Assembly: GCA_964543035.1 (NCBI GenBank)
Contig: CAZIVL010000001.1
Location: 45,714 to 109,713 of the forward strand
Direction of reading: 5' to 3'
Source: an uncultured Gammaproteobacteria bacterium
GTDB taxonomy: Bacteria > Patescibacteriota > Microgenomatia > CAZETR01 > Amesbacteraceae
Length of the DNA stretch: 64,000 bases
Shown here: positions 19,604 to 29,028 of the stretch, piece after piece
How the letters are laid out: each line of letters begins with the position of its first letter
Numbering within the stretch: position 1 is the stretch's first letter
Translations under genes and position numbers: made by a program
Notes under the pieces: model-generated
What the model was told of the DNA's origin: nothing
What the model saw: only the letters and a program-made list of their open reading frames with translations
Database searches by the model: none

Positions 19604-21292
19604 ATGCAATTCACAAATCGTAATTTCAAGACTCAACCCGGCAGTCTCCAGATCTTTTCTCTCGGTGGCTTTGGTCGCGTGACCTCAAACATGTTTGTCT
19701 ACGAATACGAGTCAGACATTCTGCTTGTGGACTGTGGCATGGGCTTCCCCACCGAAGATATGTTGGGTGTGGACATCCTGATTCCAGACATCACCTATCT
19801 CCAGGATCGCATAGGCAAAATCCGGGGATTGGTCTTCACTCACGGCCACGAGGATCACACCGGCGCTCTCCCCTACATTCTCCCCAAGCTAGGCAAGATC
19901 CCGCTTTACGGCAGCAACTTAACAGCTCATCTGATCATGGAGAAATTGGCCGAATACGAAGGCATGCCCAAGCAGGTCAATGTCCTCCAGCCCGGCACTG
20001 TTTTACAGCTGGGCAAATTTACCGTGGAATCGGTCCGCATTTCTCATTCTATTCCCGATGCCACCAATCTTATTATCAAGACTCCCGCGGGCACCGTCTA
20101 TCATGGCTCGGATTTCAAATTCGATTTCACTCCAGTCGACGGCATTTTGCCAGACGTGGGCCGCATCGGTATGGCCGGTATTCAAGGCATCGATTTATTA
20201 CTCTCAGATTCACTCGGTTCCGAGAGGCGCGGTCTGACACCCTCCGAAAAGACTCTCGAAGGCATGTTCGAAAAAGAGATTGCAAAGTGCGAGGGTCGTT
20301 TTATTGTGACCACCATGGGCAGTAACATCAGTCGCTGGCGCCAGGCCGCCGAGGCCGCCATCCGTCACGGCAGACGTGTTGCCATTTCCGGCCGCAGCAT
20401 CGAGCGAAATATTGAAGTCGCGACCAAGCTTGGTTTCATAAATATCCCCAAGTCAGCTTTTGTCGAAGTGCGAGATGTAAAAAAGCTCAACCCAAAAAAT
20501 GTCTGTATTTTGATAGCAGGTTCTCAGGCCCAGCCAGGCTCTGCTCTAGAGCGTATGGCCACCGGAGATCATAGGGATCTCAAGTTGGCAGCCGGCGACA
20601 AAGTCGTGTTTTCCTCGGACTACATCCCAGGCAACGAGACTGCAGTCCAAGCCCTCATCGATTTGATAGCCAAGCTAGGTGTGGACGTGGTTTACTCCGG
20701 CATGACCGACAATCTTCATGTCTCCGGCCACGGCAGTCAGCAGGATCTGCTTCTTATGTTGGCACTCACCAAGCCCAAGTTTGCACTTCCCATAGGTGGT
20801 ACTTATCGCCACATGATCCAGTACGGAAGACTAGCCGAAGCCATGGGTTATGCCAAAGAGCGGATTTTACTTCCTGAGCACAATCAATCTATTATCGTGA
20901 CTCCTGGAAAAGCCGTCATGGGTCCAGTCATCGAGATGAAGAGTGTCATGGTCGATGGCTTGGGTGTTGGCGACGTGGGCAGTGTTGTTCTCAGAGATCG
21001 CAAGTCCCTGGCCGAAGAGGGTGTGGTCGTCGCCGTAGTCCAGCTCAGTCAGGCCAATTTGTCCAAAGTAGAAAATGTCGAGCTATTATCTCGCGGTTTC
21101 GTATTCGACAAGTACAATACGGGACTACTAGCCGAAGCCAGTGCCAAAGTGCGCCAGACTCTGGCCGCCAAATCTGGCAAGATCGAGTCTACAGTTCAGG
21201 CCCGCCAATACGTCTCAGATACTCTCGAGAGATTCTTGTTCGACAAGACTCACCGCCGCCCCATGATCCTCCCCGTCATTGTAGAGGTGTAG
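19604..21292 (+). CDS. rnj: Ribonuclease J
   Basis: THGHEDHTGA, HSIPD, DFKFD, HVSGHG, RRPMILPV. Confidence 0.97.
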   Translation: MQFTNRNFKTQPGSLQIFSLGGFGRVTSNMFVYEYESDILLVDCGMGFPTEDMLGVDILIPDITYLQDRIGKIRGLVFTHGHEDHTGALPYILPKLGKIPLYGSNLTAHLIMEKLAEYEGMPKQVNVLQPGTVLQLGKFTVESVRISHSIPDATNLIIKTPAGTVYHGSDFKFDFTPVDGILPDVGRIGMAGIQGIDLLLSDSLGSERRGLTPSEKTLEGMFEKEIAKCEGRFIVTTMGSNISRWRQAAEAAIRHGRRVAISGRSIERNIEVATKLGFINIPKSAFVEVRDVKKLNPKNVCILIAGSQAQPGSALERMATGDHRDLKLAAGDKVVFSSDYIPGNETAVQALIDLIAKLGVDVVYSGMTDNLHVSGHGSQQDLLLMLALTKPKFALPIGGTYRHMIQYGRLAEAMGYAKERILLPEHNQSIIVTPGKAVMGPVIEMKSVMVDGLGVGDVGSVVLRDRKSLAEEGVVVAVVQLSQANLSKVENVELLSRGFVFDKYNTGLLAEASAKVRQTLAAKSGKIESTVQARQYVSDTLERFLFDKTHRRPMILPVIVEV

Positions 21293-21304
21293 TAAAATAT
21301 ATTT

Positions 21305-21490
21305 ATGGCACCCAAAAACAAGCTCATCAAAGGCAGTAGTATCCCTGTCGCATACCTTATTGATTACATCAAAGATGGATACACCATATCGGAGTTTCTT
21401 TCTTCCTATCCCTGGCTCAAAAGACAAAATGTGGAGAAGATTCTGGACGAGATAAAGCACAAGGAATTCTCGTTCGGACATGCCCAGTAA
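21305..21490 (+). CDS. DUF433 antitoxin-like protein
   Basis: IKGSSIPV..LID....G.TI.EFL..YP.L pattern. Confidence 0.8.
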   Translation: MAPKNKLIKGSSIPVAYLIDYIKDGYTISEFLSSYPWLKRQNVEKILDEIKHKEFSFGHAQ

Positions 21491-21869
21491 AAAGTCAGAT
21501 CTTCAACTATACGCCGATGAGTGTTTTCCGATTCCTTCCGTAACTTTTCTAAAATCACTTGGGTATTCAGTTATTCATGCATCAGATTTGGGTCACACTG
21601 CAGAGTCAGACAAATTTCACTACAAATTAACCCAAAAAATAAACCGTACACTAATTACTTTTGACCGAGATTTTTTAATATATAAGAATTCAAATCCCAT
21701 AAATCACCCAGGGATAATAGTCATATCCTGTGCACCATCGGAAATAAATCTCGTATGCAAAAAGTTTTTGTCAAAAATTTCAAAAAGCTCAGTCTCCGAC
21801 GCTTTATTGATAGTCACCAAAGACAAGATCACCAAATCAAAGCATGACGTCAAATCAGAAATAAAATAA
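21480..21869 (+). CDS. DUF5615 PIN-like toxin (VapC45-type)
   Basis: LYADECFP..L..LGYSV...SD...RTLITFDRDF...HPGIIV. Confidence 0.85.
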   Translation: MPSKKSDLQLYADECFPIPSVTFLKSLGYSVIHASDLGHTAESDKFHYKLTQKINRTLITFDRDFLIYKNSNPINHPGIIVISCAPSEINLVCKKFLSKISKSSVSDALLIVTKDKITKSKHDVKSEIK

Positions 21870-21895
21870 AAAGGATCCAGTATAATTTCTAGTTT

Positions 21896-22192
21896 GTGAA
21901 ATCAGTTTTCAAAAAAGACCGCTTCCAGAAAGCCCGTGGTCCATCCAAGCTTCTTCAGATTATTTGCGCTTCATGTAGTCACAATATTTGTCTCTACCAA
22001 AAAGACGGCCCAGGTCTTCTCAAGCGCATGTACTATGACCGTATAACTGGATTAAATAATTTTCCCGATCAATTAGCTTGTCCCAACTGTAAAAAAGTTC
22101 TAGGGACAAAAATGATTTACGCCAAAGAAAACCGCCTAGCGTACCGCCTACTTATTGGTTCCGTAGCCAAAAAAATCACCAAAACAACATGA
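21896..22192 (+). CDS. Hypothetical zinc-binding protein
   Basis: CASC and CPNC pairs, YQKDGPG motif. Confidence 0.7.
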   Translation: MKSVFKKDRFQKARGPSKLLQIICASCSHNICLYQKDGPGLLKRMYYDRITGLNNFPDQLACPNCKKVLGTKMIYAKENRLAYRLLIGSVAKKITKTT

Positions 22193-22214
22193 TTCTTCCT
22201 GGTATAGTGAGCAT

Positions 22215-23876
22215 ATGAAGCGAGCATTTATATTCTTCTTCATCTCCCTTCTTTTTCTCACTCTCGCCCTGATTATCACTACTCCTCGTTATCCCCGACC
22301 AGATCAAAAAAAGTCTTCAGTTATCACCATTACAGACAGCAGAGAATGGGCAAATTGCAACAATATCAGACAATCCATCGAGTACGACTCAAAGCGCTAT
22401 CTTGCCTGTTACGGCGGAGTCTTAGTGTTAGATTCAAACAATCAGGTAGTTGACCAGATTACGATGGCCGATGGACTAGGAAACCCGATAGTAAATTCCC
22501 TAGTCATAAAGAACAATCGTCTTTTTATGGGCACCCAAGATGGAGTAACCGTTTTTGACTTATCGTCTCGCAAGGCCCAAAAAATTAGCGTCTCCGAAGG
22601 ATTGGTAAACGGATCAAATATTTTTCTCAAAGAGGATGGAGAATCGCTATGGGTGGGGACTTTTAATGGTGTGAGTAAAATCAACTCAAAAGATTTATCA
22701 ATAAAAAACTACACCACCGAGTTAGGAATTAGTCCGGTGCACAATATCAGAGATATTCTTGTCACTCCTGTATCTGTTTATTTCACTTACGTAGGGGGAG
22801 GGGGATCAGCGGGAGGTGTGGCCAGGTATGACAAGCTCCAAGACCAATGGGAAAGTTTTTCACCTTCTGACTTTATATATCAGGACACATCAGAAGACCG
22901 TCTAGATTTTTCTAGTCTCACCCAAAAAGACGGCCAAATCTTGCTCGGAAATCCCTCAGAGGTCTGGCAAACTACCAATTCACCTCATAGCACATGGACA
23001 AAAGTGTCCAATCCAGAGGGAATCTTTTCCTACGACATAGACCCCTCTCCGGAGTTAACGGGCAGGCCAAACACGTTTGACAAGCTTTTGGCAATAATAG
23101 ACTCACACCTTTTCTTTTCTTCCGGATCCCAAATCTGGCAGCTAGATCTAAATACTTTTTCATTTCAAGATATCCTCACACTGTCACTGAGCCCTCATTC
23201 AAACAACATCTCTTTCGTTCCGGTAACGGGTTCGACCAAAGTTCTCATATTTGGTCAAAGTTGCGGTATGTTTTGCTCAGAGCCGGAGTTTGTCCTATAT
23301 GATTATTTAGCAAAAACGACAGAAACAATTGGGTGGCCACAAGAGTTAAAAACAGATCCGACTATGCCGGACTACGAATATCTCGATCCTCAATTCACAG
23401 TAGCAAGCCAGGGTGTCCCTCTGCCGTTTCTGTCAAACAATCAAGGAACATTTTTTCTTGACTTGCAAGACTTGAGTTGGAGCAACAGTAGCGATTTAAA
23501 ACCGACTCATATTCCCCCAAATGACAACCCTTGCCTACCAAATTATCTTTTTTCAGACATGGATGGCTTTGTAGCTATTTCCCACTGTACGCTTTCTACC
23601 ATAAATCACCCTTCACTACCCGTGGCTCCGCCCAAATACAGCCCTTTTCCAGATTGGCCAGCCACAGTGTATGCCCAGCCTGCAGTATTCTCACAGGATC
23701 TCGTTTGGACCGGCACAAATCGTGGCCTCATCGTATATTCACCCCAAACTCAAAAAACTCAACTTATATCCACCACCGATGGTCTGACATCAAATGAAAT
23801 AACCAAATACGTGGTATTAGACAAGTTGCTCATAGTTGCCACAGATGCAGGTCTATCAGTGCTCAAGTACAAATAA
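22215..23876 (+). CDS. Exported beta-propeller protein
   Basis: Signal/TM; repeated DGL..N.V..L, LWVGT.NG motifs. Confidence 0.7.
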   Translation: MKRAFIFFFISLLFLTLALIITTPRYPRPDQKKSSVITITDSREWANCNNIRQSIEYDSKRYLACYGGVLVLDSNNQVVDQITMADGLGNPIVNSLVIKNNRLFMGTQDGVTVFDLSSRKAQKISVSEGLVNGSNIFLKEDGESLWVGTFNGVSKINSKDLSIKNYTTELGISPVHNIRDILVTPVSVYFTYVGGGGSAGGVARYDKLQDQWESFSPSDFIYQDTSEDRLDFSSLTQKDGQILLGNPSEVWQTTNSPHSTWTKVSNPEGIFSYDIDPSPELTGRPNTFDKLLAIIDSHLFFSSGSQIWQLDLNTFSFQDILTLSLSPHSNNISFVPVTGSTKVLIFGQSCGMFCSEPEFVLYDYLAKTTETIGWPQELKTDPTMPDYEYLDPQFTVASQGVPLPFLSNNQGTFFLDLQDLSWSNSSDLKPTHIPPNDNPCLPNYLFSDMDGFVAISHCTLSTINHPSLPVAPPKYSPFPDWPATVYAQPAVFSQDLVWTGTNRGLIVYSPQTQKTQLISTTDGLTSNEITKYVVLDKLLIVATDAGLSVLKYK

Positions 23877-23915
23877 TTTTCCAAAAGTCTTCAAAGTCGG
23901 GGTATAATATTCGAG

Positions 23916-26093
23916 ATGCCCAGAAGTAGGTCTATTTTTGGCCGGCGTAAATTCCAGGTCAAGCTCAAACAATCCACAGTCAATTCTATTGGCGCCTCTA
24001 TCCTCTTCGCCATTTCTGGCCTCATCTGGCTCTCATTTATTCGCCAGGGCACTCTCCTTATTAGTCTCAACGATTTTCTGGTCACCAATCTCGGTTTTAT
24101 TCCCACGCTTTATTTCCCCCTCATTCCCATCTTTGGGGGACTGATGATTACCAAGATCAAGACTTCTCTTTCTTCTGCCAATGTTTTTGTGGGTAGTATT
24201 TTGACCCTCGCTGCCCTCATCGGTCTTTTTCACGATGGCTTTGTGGGTGCCCAAGTCTGGCAAAATCTCACCACTCTTATCTATTACCCCGGCGCCTTTT
24301 TGTTCTTGGTCGCCACTCTTGGCATTGGTCTCATTATTTCTTTCAACATTCCTTTTGAGGACGTTGTAAATTTTGTTTTGGATCTTCTTCGCAAGCTGTT
24401 TGGCATCTTTAGTCGGTTCAAAGGTCCAGACCTGGCCAATACTCCCTTAAATCGCCCCATCAAATTGGGTGGCCTTACGGGCAAACCTGCCGTTGTTCCC
24501 GCCAAACAAGCCTCGCTCTTTTCCAGTAAGCCAGTGGAGATCAAGGGCATGGGCACCAAGCCCGTTAACCAATCACCAATCACCAATAACCAAAAACCAA
24601 TAACCCCTCTCCCAGCCGCCGCCACCGACACTGTCTGGCATTATCCACCTCTTACTTTGTTGTCCGAAAATATTTCTGGTAAGGCCGACCGGGGAAATAT
24701 AAACAACAATGCCGCCATCATCGAAAAGACTCTCGAGGCTTTTGGCATTACGGCCAAAGTCATCGAGGTAAACATGGGTCCCGCCGTCACCCAATATGCC
24801 CTCGAAGTCGCCATCGGTACTAAGCTCTCCAAGATTTCGGCCTTAGGGTCTGACTTGGCTTTGGCCCTCGCCGCTCCCACGGGACAGATTCGCATCGAAG
24901 CCCCGATTCCCGGAAGGTCTCTGGTGGGTATCGAGTTACCTAACCGTTCTCCCGAGTTTGTCAGCCTGCGAAAGATCCTGGAGTCGGATAATGCCAAAAA
25001 TCACAAGTCCAAGCTGGCAGTTGCCATGGGTCTGGACGTCTCCGGCGAGCCTATTGTCGCCGATATCGCCAAGATGCCCCACGTTTTGATAGCAGGGAGC
25101 ACCGGTTCCGGAAAATCAGTCGCCATCAACTCATTTATCGCCTCTCTGCTCTTCAGAGCCAGTCCTCAGGAGGTCAATCTCATTATGGTGGATCCCAAGC
25201 GTGTGGAGCTGACGGGTTACAATGGCATTCCTCATCTTTTGAGTCCTGTGATCGTCGAGCCCGAAAAAGTCTTGTCCGCTCTCAAGTGGGCCACCGGCGA
25301 GATGGAACGCCGCTACAAGCTCTTTGCCGAGGTGGGAGTCAGAAATCTCGAGGGTTACAACGAGCTCTCCGGCTTCCAGGCCCTTCCTTACATAGTTATC
25401 GTGATAGACGAGCTCGCCGATATCATGTTGTTTGCCCAAGTTGAGGTAGAAGACACTATTACTCGTATCGCCCAGATGGCCCGAGCCACCGGTATTCACC
25501 TCGTGTTGGCCACTCAGCGCCCGTCTGTGGATATCATCACGGGTCTTATAAAGGCAAACATCCCGACTCGCATCGCCTTCTCAGTCTCTTCCATGATCGA
25601 TTCAAAAGTGGTCTTGGATCAGCCCGGAGCCGAGAAATTGTTGGGCAAAGGGGACATGCTTTATATTCCCCCAGATGCTGCCAAGCCTACTCGCATCCAG
25701 GGTTCATTTGTGTCAGACAAGGAGATCAAGAGCCTGATCGAGTTTTTGAAAAAGCAGGGTGTGGCTCCGCATTACACTGAAGAAGTGACCAATACTCCGA
25801 TCGGAAAGATTGGTGGTCGTGGCGGCCGGGGTAGCAGCTTCATCGCTCCCAATGGTGAGGACCGGGATGAATTGTTTGAGGATGCCCTCAGGCTCATCGT
25901 CCAGCACAACACCGCATCTGCTTCTTTCTTACAAAGAAAGCTCAGTATTGGTTACGCCCGTGCGGCTCGAGTCCTCGATGAGCTCTACGGAGCCGGCGCC
26001 ATTGGTCCAGCCGACGGGGCCAAGCCCCGCGACATCATGGTCTCCGACGTAACCTCATTCCTCAATCCAGCGCCTCAAGAACAGTCATCCTGA
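23916..26093 (+). CDS. ftsK: DNA translocase FtsK
   Basis: RIEAPIPG, PHVLIAGSTGSGKS, DELAD, ATQRPS, GAEKLLGKGDML, gamma domain. Confidence 0.98.
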   Translation: MPRSRSIFGRRKFQVKLKQSTVNSIGASILFAISGLIWLSFIRQGTLLISLNDFLVTNLGFIPTLYFPLIPIFGGLMITKIKTSLSSANVFVGSILTLAALIGLFHDGFVGAQVWQNLTTLIYYPGAFLFLVATLGIGLIISFNIPFEDVVNFVLDLLRKLFGIFSRFKGPDLANTPLNRPIKLGGLTGKPAVVPAKQASLFSSKPVEIKGMGTKPVNQSPITNNQKPITPLPAAATDTVWHYPPLTLLSENISGKADRGNINNNAAIIEKTLEAFGITAKVIEVNMGPAVTQYALEVAIGTKLSKISALGSDLALALAAPTGQIRIEAPIPGRSLVGIELPNRSPEFVSLRKILESDNAKNHKSKLAVAMGLDVSGEPIVADIAKMPHVLIAGSTGSGKSVAINSFIASLLFRASPQEVNLIMVDPKRVELTGYNGIPHLLSPVIVEPEKVLSALKWATGEMERRYKLFAEVGVRNLEGYNELSGFQALPYIVIVIDELADIMLFAQVEVEDTITRIAQMARATGIHLVLATQRPSVDIITGLIKANIPTRIAFSVSSMIDSKVVLDQPGAEKLLGKGDMLYIPPDAAKPTRIQGSFVSDKEIKSLIEFLKKQGVAPHYTEEVTNTPIGKIGGRGGRGSSFIAPNGEDRDELFEDALRLIVQHNTASASFLQRKLSIGYARAARVLDELYGAGAIGPADGAKPRDIMVSDVTSFLNPAPQEQSS

Positions 26094-26164
26094 GCGAAGC
26101 GAAGGATCCAGTACATTTCATTTTATTCGTCTTATCTGACTTATCGGTCTTATTTGTCATATTG
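26084..26164 (+). repeat. REP-like copy (supplies the ftsK TGA stop) followed by degenerate 9-mer repeat
   Basis: GTCATCCTGAGCGAAGCGAAGGATCCAGTAC; GTCTTATCT GACTTATCG GTCTTATTT GTCATATTG. Confidence 0.85.
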
Positions 26165-26182
26165 CATATATAATCACCTCAA

Positions 26183-26824
26183 ATGAAAACCGCCGGCCAA
26201 ATGTTACAAGAGACTCGTCTTGCCAAAAGACTGGATTACTCAGACGTAGCCAGGATTACCAAGATCAGGCCGCAGTTTTTGGAGATTATTGAGAATGACA
26301 ATTACAAACAGCTCCCCAGTGGCGCCGTAGCCAAGGGCTTCATCAGAAACTACGCCGAATTTTTAGGCTTGAAGCCCGATTACATTTCCGCCATATTCAG
26401 AAGAGATTTTGTGGAAAACGAGCGGGGAGAGATCATTCCTCGCGGTATGGCGAGTCCCATAAATAAGATTAGTATCTGGACTCCAAAGACGACCGTGATT
26501 GCAGGCGTCATAGCTCTCTTTTTGTCCCTGGGCGTTTATTTGATTTATCAGTTCAATGTTTTGGTCGGCCCTCCTAGTCTAAAGCTTTCCGAGCCCCAAG
26601 AGTCACAGGTCGTAGACACTGAGACCATAGTCGTCTCAGGGACTACCGATCCCGAGGCCACCATTAGAGTAAACGATCAGCCCATAGCCCTCGACAAGGG
26701 TGGTTCATTTTTTGTCCGCCTGCCCCTCGTTTCCGGGGAAAACAAGATTGTAGTAGTGGCCACCAGCAAATCAAAAAAATCAACGACCCTTGAGCGTGTC
26801 GTTACCTTGACATCCCGGCCGTAA
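26183..26824 (+). CDS. RodZ-like HTH membrane protein with Ig-like domain
   Basis: G.ML...R...TKI...LE.IE..Y..LP.....GFIRNYA.FLGL; TM segment; follows ftsK. Confidence 0.85.
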   Translation: MKTAGQMLQETRLAKRLDYSDVARITKIRPQFLEIIENDNYKQLPSGAVAKGFIRNYAEFLGLKPDYISAIFRRDFVENERGEIIPRGMASPINKISIWTPKTTVIAGVIALFLSLGVYLIYQFNVLVGPPSLKLSEPQESQVVDTETIVVSGTTDPEATIRVNDQPIALDKGGSFFVRLPLVSGENKIVVVATSKSKKSTTLERVVTLTSRP

Positions 26825-26835
26825 AAAAATATAGT
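26807..26835 (+). promoter_or_regulatory. Sigma70 promoter
   Basis: TTGACA-N17-TATAGT. Confidence 0.7.
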
Positions 26836-26846
26836 AAGCAAACAAT

Positions 26847-27191
26847 ATGTTAACGACGCTAGTTCAGCTTCTTCTCGTCTCAGTCATCTGCACACTCACC
26901 GTGCTCACAGTCGTAGCGGGCATTCAGGTCTTTCACATACTGCATGAGTTTCGCCAGATTCTCAAGAGGATGAATCTCATTTTGGACAATACCAGGACTA
27001 TTTCTGACTCCGCAGCCAAGCCCATTAGTGCCGTCAACGAATTTTTCTCCGAAGTAAAGGGATTGGTCAATGAAACCCAGGATCAGATCGTCGACTCCAC
27101 CCCCGACCGTGTCATCACGCAGGCTGCATCCCAGCCATCCGCTGCCCGTCGCTTCTTCCACCGCGCCGGCCTGTCTCTGCGCGCCTCTTAG
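26847..27191 (+). CDS. Hypothetical membrane-anchored helical protein
   Basis: N-terminal TM segment, own promoter. Confidence 0.7.
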   Translation: MLTTLVQLLLVSVICTLTVLTVVAGIQVFHILHEFRQILKRMNLILDNTRTISDSAAKPISAVNEFFSEVKGLVNETQDQIVDSTPDRVITQAASQPSAARRFFHRAGLSLRAS

Positions 27192-27222
27192 CTCTTATTC
27201 ACTTCAGTGGTAAAATTGGCCA

Positions 27223-29028
27223 ATGATTTCCGGCTCTGATGTTAGGAAAAAATATCTCGATTTTTTTGCAGTTCGCGGCCATGTCGTCATTCCTTCAGCG
27301 CCATTAGTTCCCGAAAACGACCCCACCACACTTTTTACCGGCTCCGGCATGCAGCCCATGTTGCAGTATTTACTAGGGGCTCCATATCCCGAGGGCAAGA
27401 CCAGGATTGTCGATTCCCAAAAATGTTTCAGATCCCAAGACATCGAAGAAGTGGGGGACAATCGTCACACCACTTCGTTTGAGATGTTGGGCAACTGGTC
27501 ACTTGGAGACTACTTCAAAAAAGAGCAGTTGACTTGGATGTGGGAGTTTTTTACACAAGAATTAGGTTTGGACAAAAACCACATTTTTGTCTCCGTTTTC
27601 GAAGGCGACACCGAGATTCCCAGAGATGATGAAGCAGTCGAGATTTGGAAAAGTTTGGGGGTCCCGGAAGAAAGAATTTTTTACTACAGCGACAAAAAAA
27701 ATTGGTGGAGCAGATCAGGTCCTAAGGCAAATATGCCAGTGGGTGAGCCCGGAGGCCCAGATTCCGAAATCTTTTACGACTTCGGAGAAGAGCATCAGTT
27801 TCATGAAAATTCCCAGTGGAAAAATGAAGAGTGTCATCCCAATTGTGATTGCGGTCGATTTATAGAAATTGGCAACAACGTGTTTATGACCTATGTAAAA
27901 ACAGATTCGGGATTTGAACCATTAAAGAAGAAAAATATCGATTACGGCGGGGGACTGGAGCGCATTGCTGCAGCCGTCCACGGCGTCCCCGATATTTTTG
28001 TGACCAGTCTTTACAAAAAGATTATTGCCGAGGTAGAAGAAATGTCAGGAAAATCATACGCCGATAACACAACGGCGTTCAGAATCATCGCCGATCATCT
28101 CAAAGCCTCAGTGTTTCTCATTGCCGACGGCGTTACTCCGTCAAACAAATCTCAAGGATATTTCTTGCGTAGACTCCTGCGAAGGAGTCTGGTGAAGTTG
28201 CAACAGCTTGGTATCTCCACTACCGATTTTACACCAATAATAAAAGCAATTATTGATACTTATTCAGACACCGACTATTTCAAAAATTCCCAAGTTACAG
28301 TTATTAGTTCAGAGATTTCGTCAGAAGCCGAAAAATTTGCCAAGACTTTAAAAGATGGGTTAAAAAGAATTGGTGATACCACACCTTTTGATCTCTTCCA
28401 GACCTATGGCTTCCCGCCCGAAGTCACCGAGGAATTACTCAAGCAAGAAGGCAAGTCTTTGGACTGGGACGAGTTCAACAAAGAAAAATCCCAGCATCAG
28501 GATTTGTCCCGTACTGCTGGAAAAGGCATGTTCAAAGGCGGGCTTCAGGATCAGTCGGAGATCACGACTCGCTATCACACTGCCACACATTTATTACATG
28601 CCTCACTGCGAAAGATATTGGGAGATCACGTCCAGCAAAAGGGTTCCAACATTACGGCCGATCGGTTACGTTTTGATTTTTCCCACGACTCCAAATTAAC
28701 TAATTCACAAATTCACGAGATTGAAGACCTGGTAAATCAACAGATTATTAAGGATCTTCCTGTCACTAAAGTAGAAATGCGCAAAACGGACGCACTCGCC
28801 CAAGGCGCTCTCGCCTTTTTCCCCGAAAAATATCCCGATGTTACCAATGTTTATTCTATTGGCGACCCTTCGACAGGCTCAGGGCAAGTTTTTTCAAAAG
28901 AGCTTTGTGGTGGTCCGCACGTGAATTCGACTGGTATTATTGGTAAGATAAAAATAACCCGTGAAGAATCCGCGGGTGCTGGCATCCGCCGCATATATGC
29001 AACTGCCCTTCCTCAAAAAGAAAACTGA
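27223..29028 (+). CDS. alaS: Alanine--tRNA ligase (short form without C-Ala)
   Basis: DPTTLFTGSGMQP, HTTSFEMLGNWS.GDYFK, HTATHLL, ELCGGPHV. Confidence 0.98.
   Translation: MISGSDVRKKYLDFFAVRGHVVIPSAPLVPENDPTTLFTGSGMQPMLQYLLGAPYPEGKTRIVDSQKCFRSQDIEEVGDNRHTTSFEMLGNWSLGDYFKKEQLTWMWEFFTQELGLDKNHIFVSVFEGDTEIPRDDEAVEIWKSLGVPEERIFYYSDKKNWWSRSGPKANMPVGEPGGPDSEIFYDFGEEHQFHENSQWKNEECHPNCDCGRFIEIGNNVFMTYVKTDSGFEPLKKKNIDYGGGLERIAAAVHGVPDIFVTSLYKKIIAEVEEMSGKSYADNTTAFRIIADHLKASVFLIADGVTPSNKSQGYFLRRLLRRSLVKLQQLGISTTDFTPIIKAIIDTYSDTDYFKNSQVTVISSEISSEAEKFAKTLKDGLKRIGDTTPFDLFQTYGFPPEVTEELLKQEGKSLDWDEFNKEKSQHQDLSRTAGKGMFKGGLQDQSEITTRYHTATHLLHASLRKILGDHVQQKGSNITADRLRFDFSHDSKLTNSQIHEIEDLVNQQIIKDLPVTKVEMRKTDALAQGALAFFPEKYPDVTNVYSIGDPSTGSGQVFSKELCGGPHVNSTGIIGKIKITREESAGAGIRRIYATALPQKEN
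28866..28888 (-). repeat. REP-like element inserted in-frame in alaS
   Basis: Reverse complement CTTGCCCTGAGCCTGTCGAAGGG; encodes PSTGSGQ. Confidence 0.75.

Noticed and set aside
26091-26093. TGA recoding (genetic code 25)
   Set aside because: TGA ends genes such as ftsK, rplC and rpoB at expected positions, and conserved genes have no in-frame TGA.
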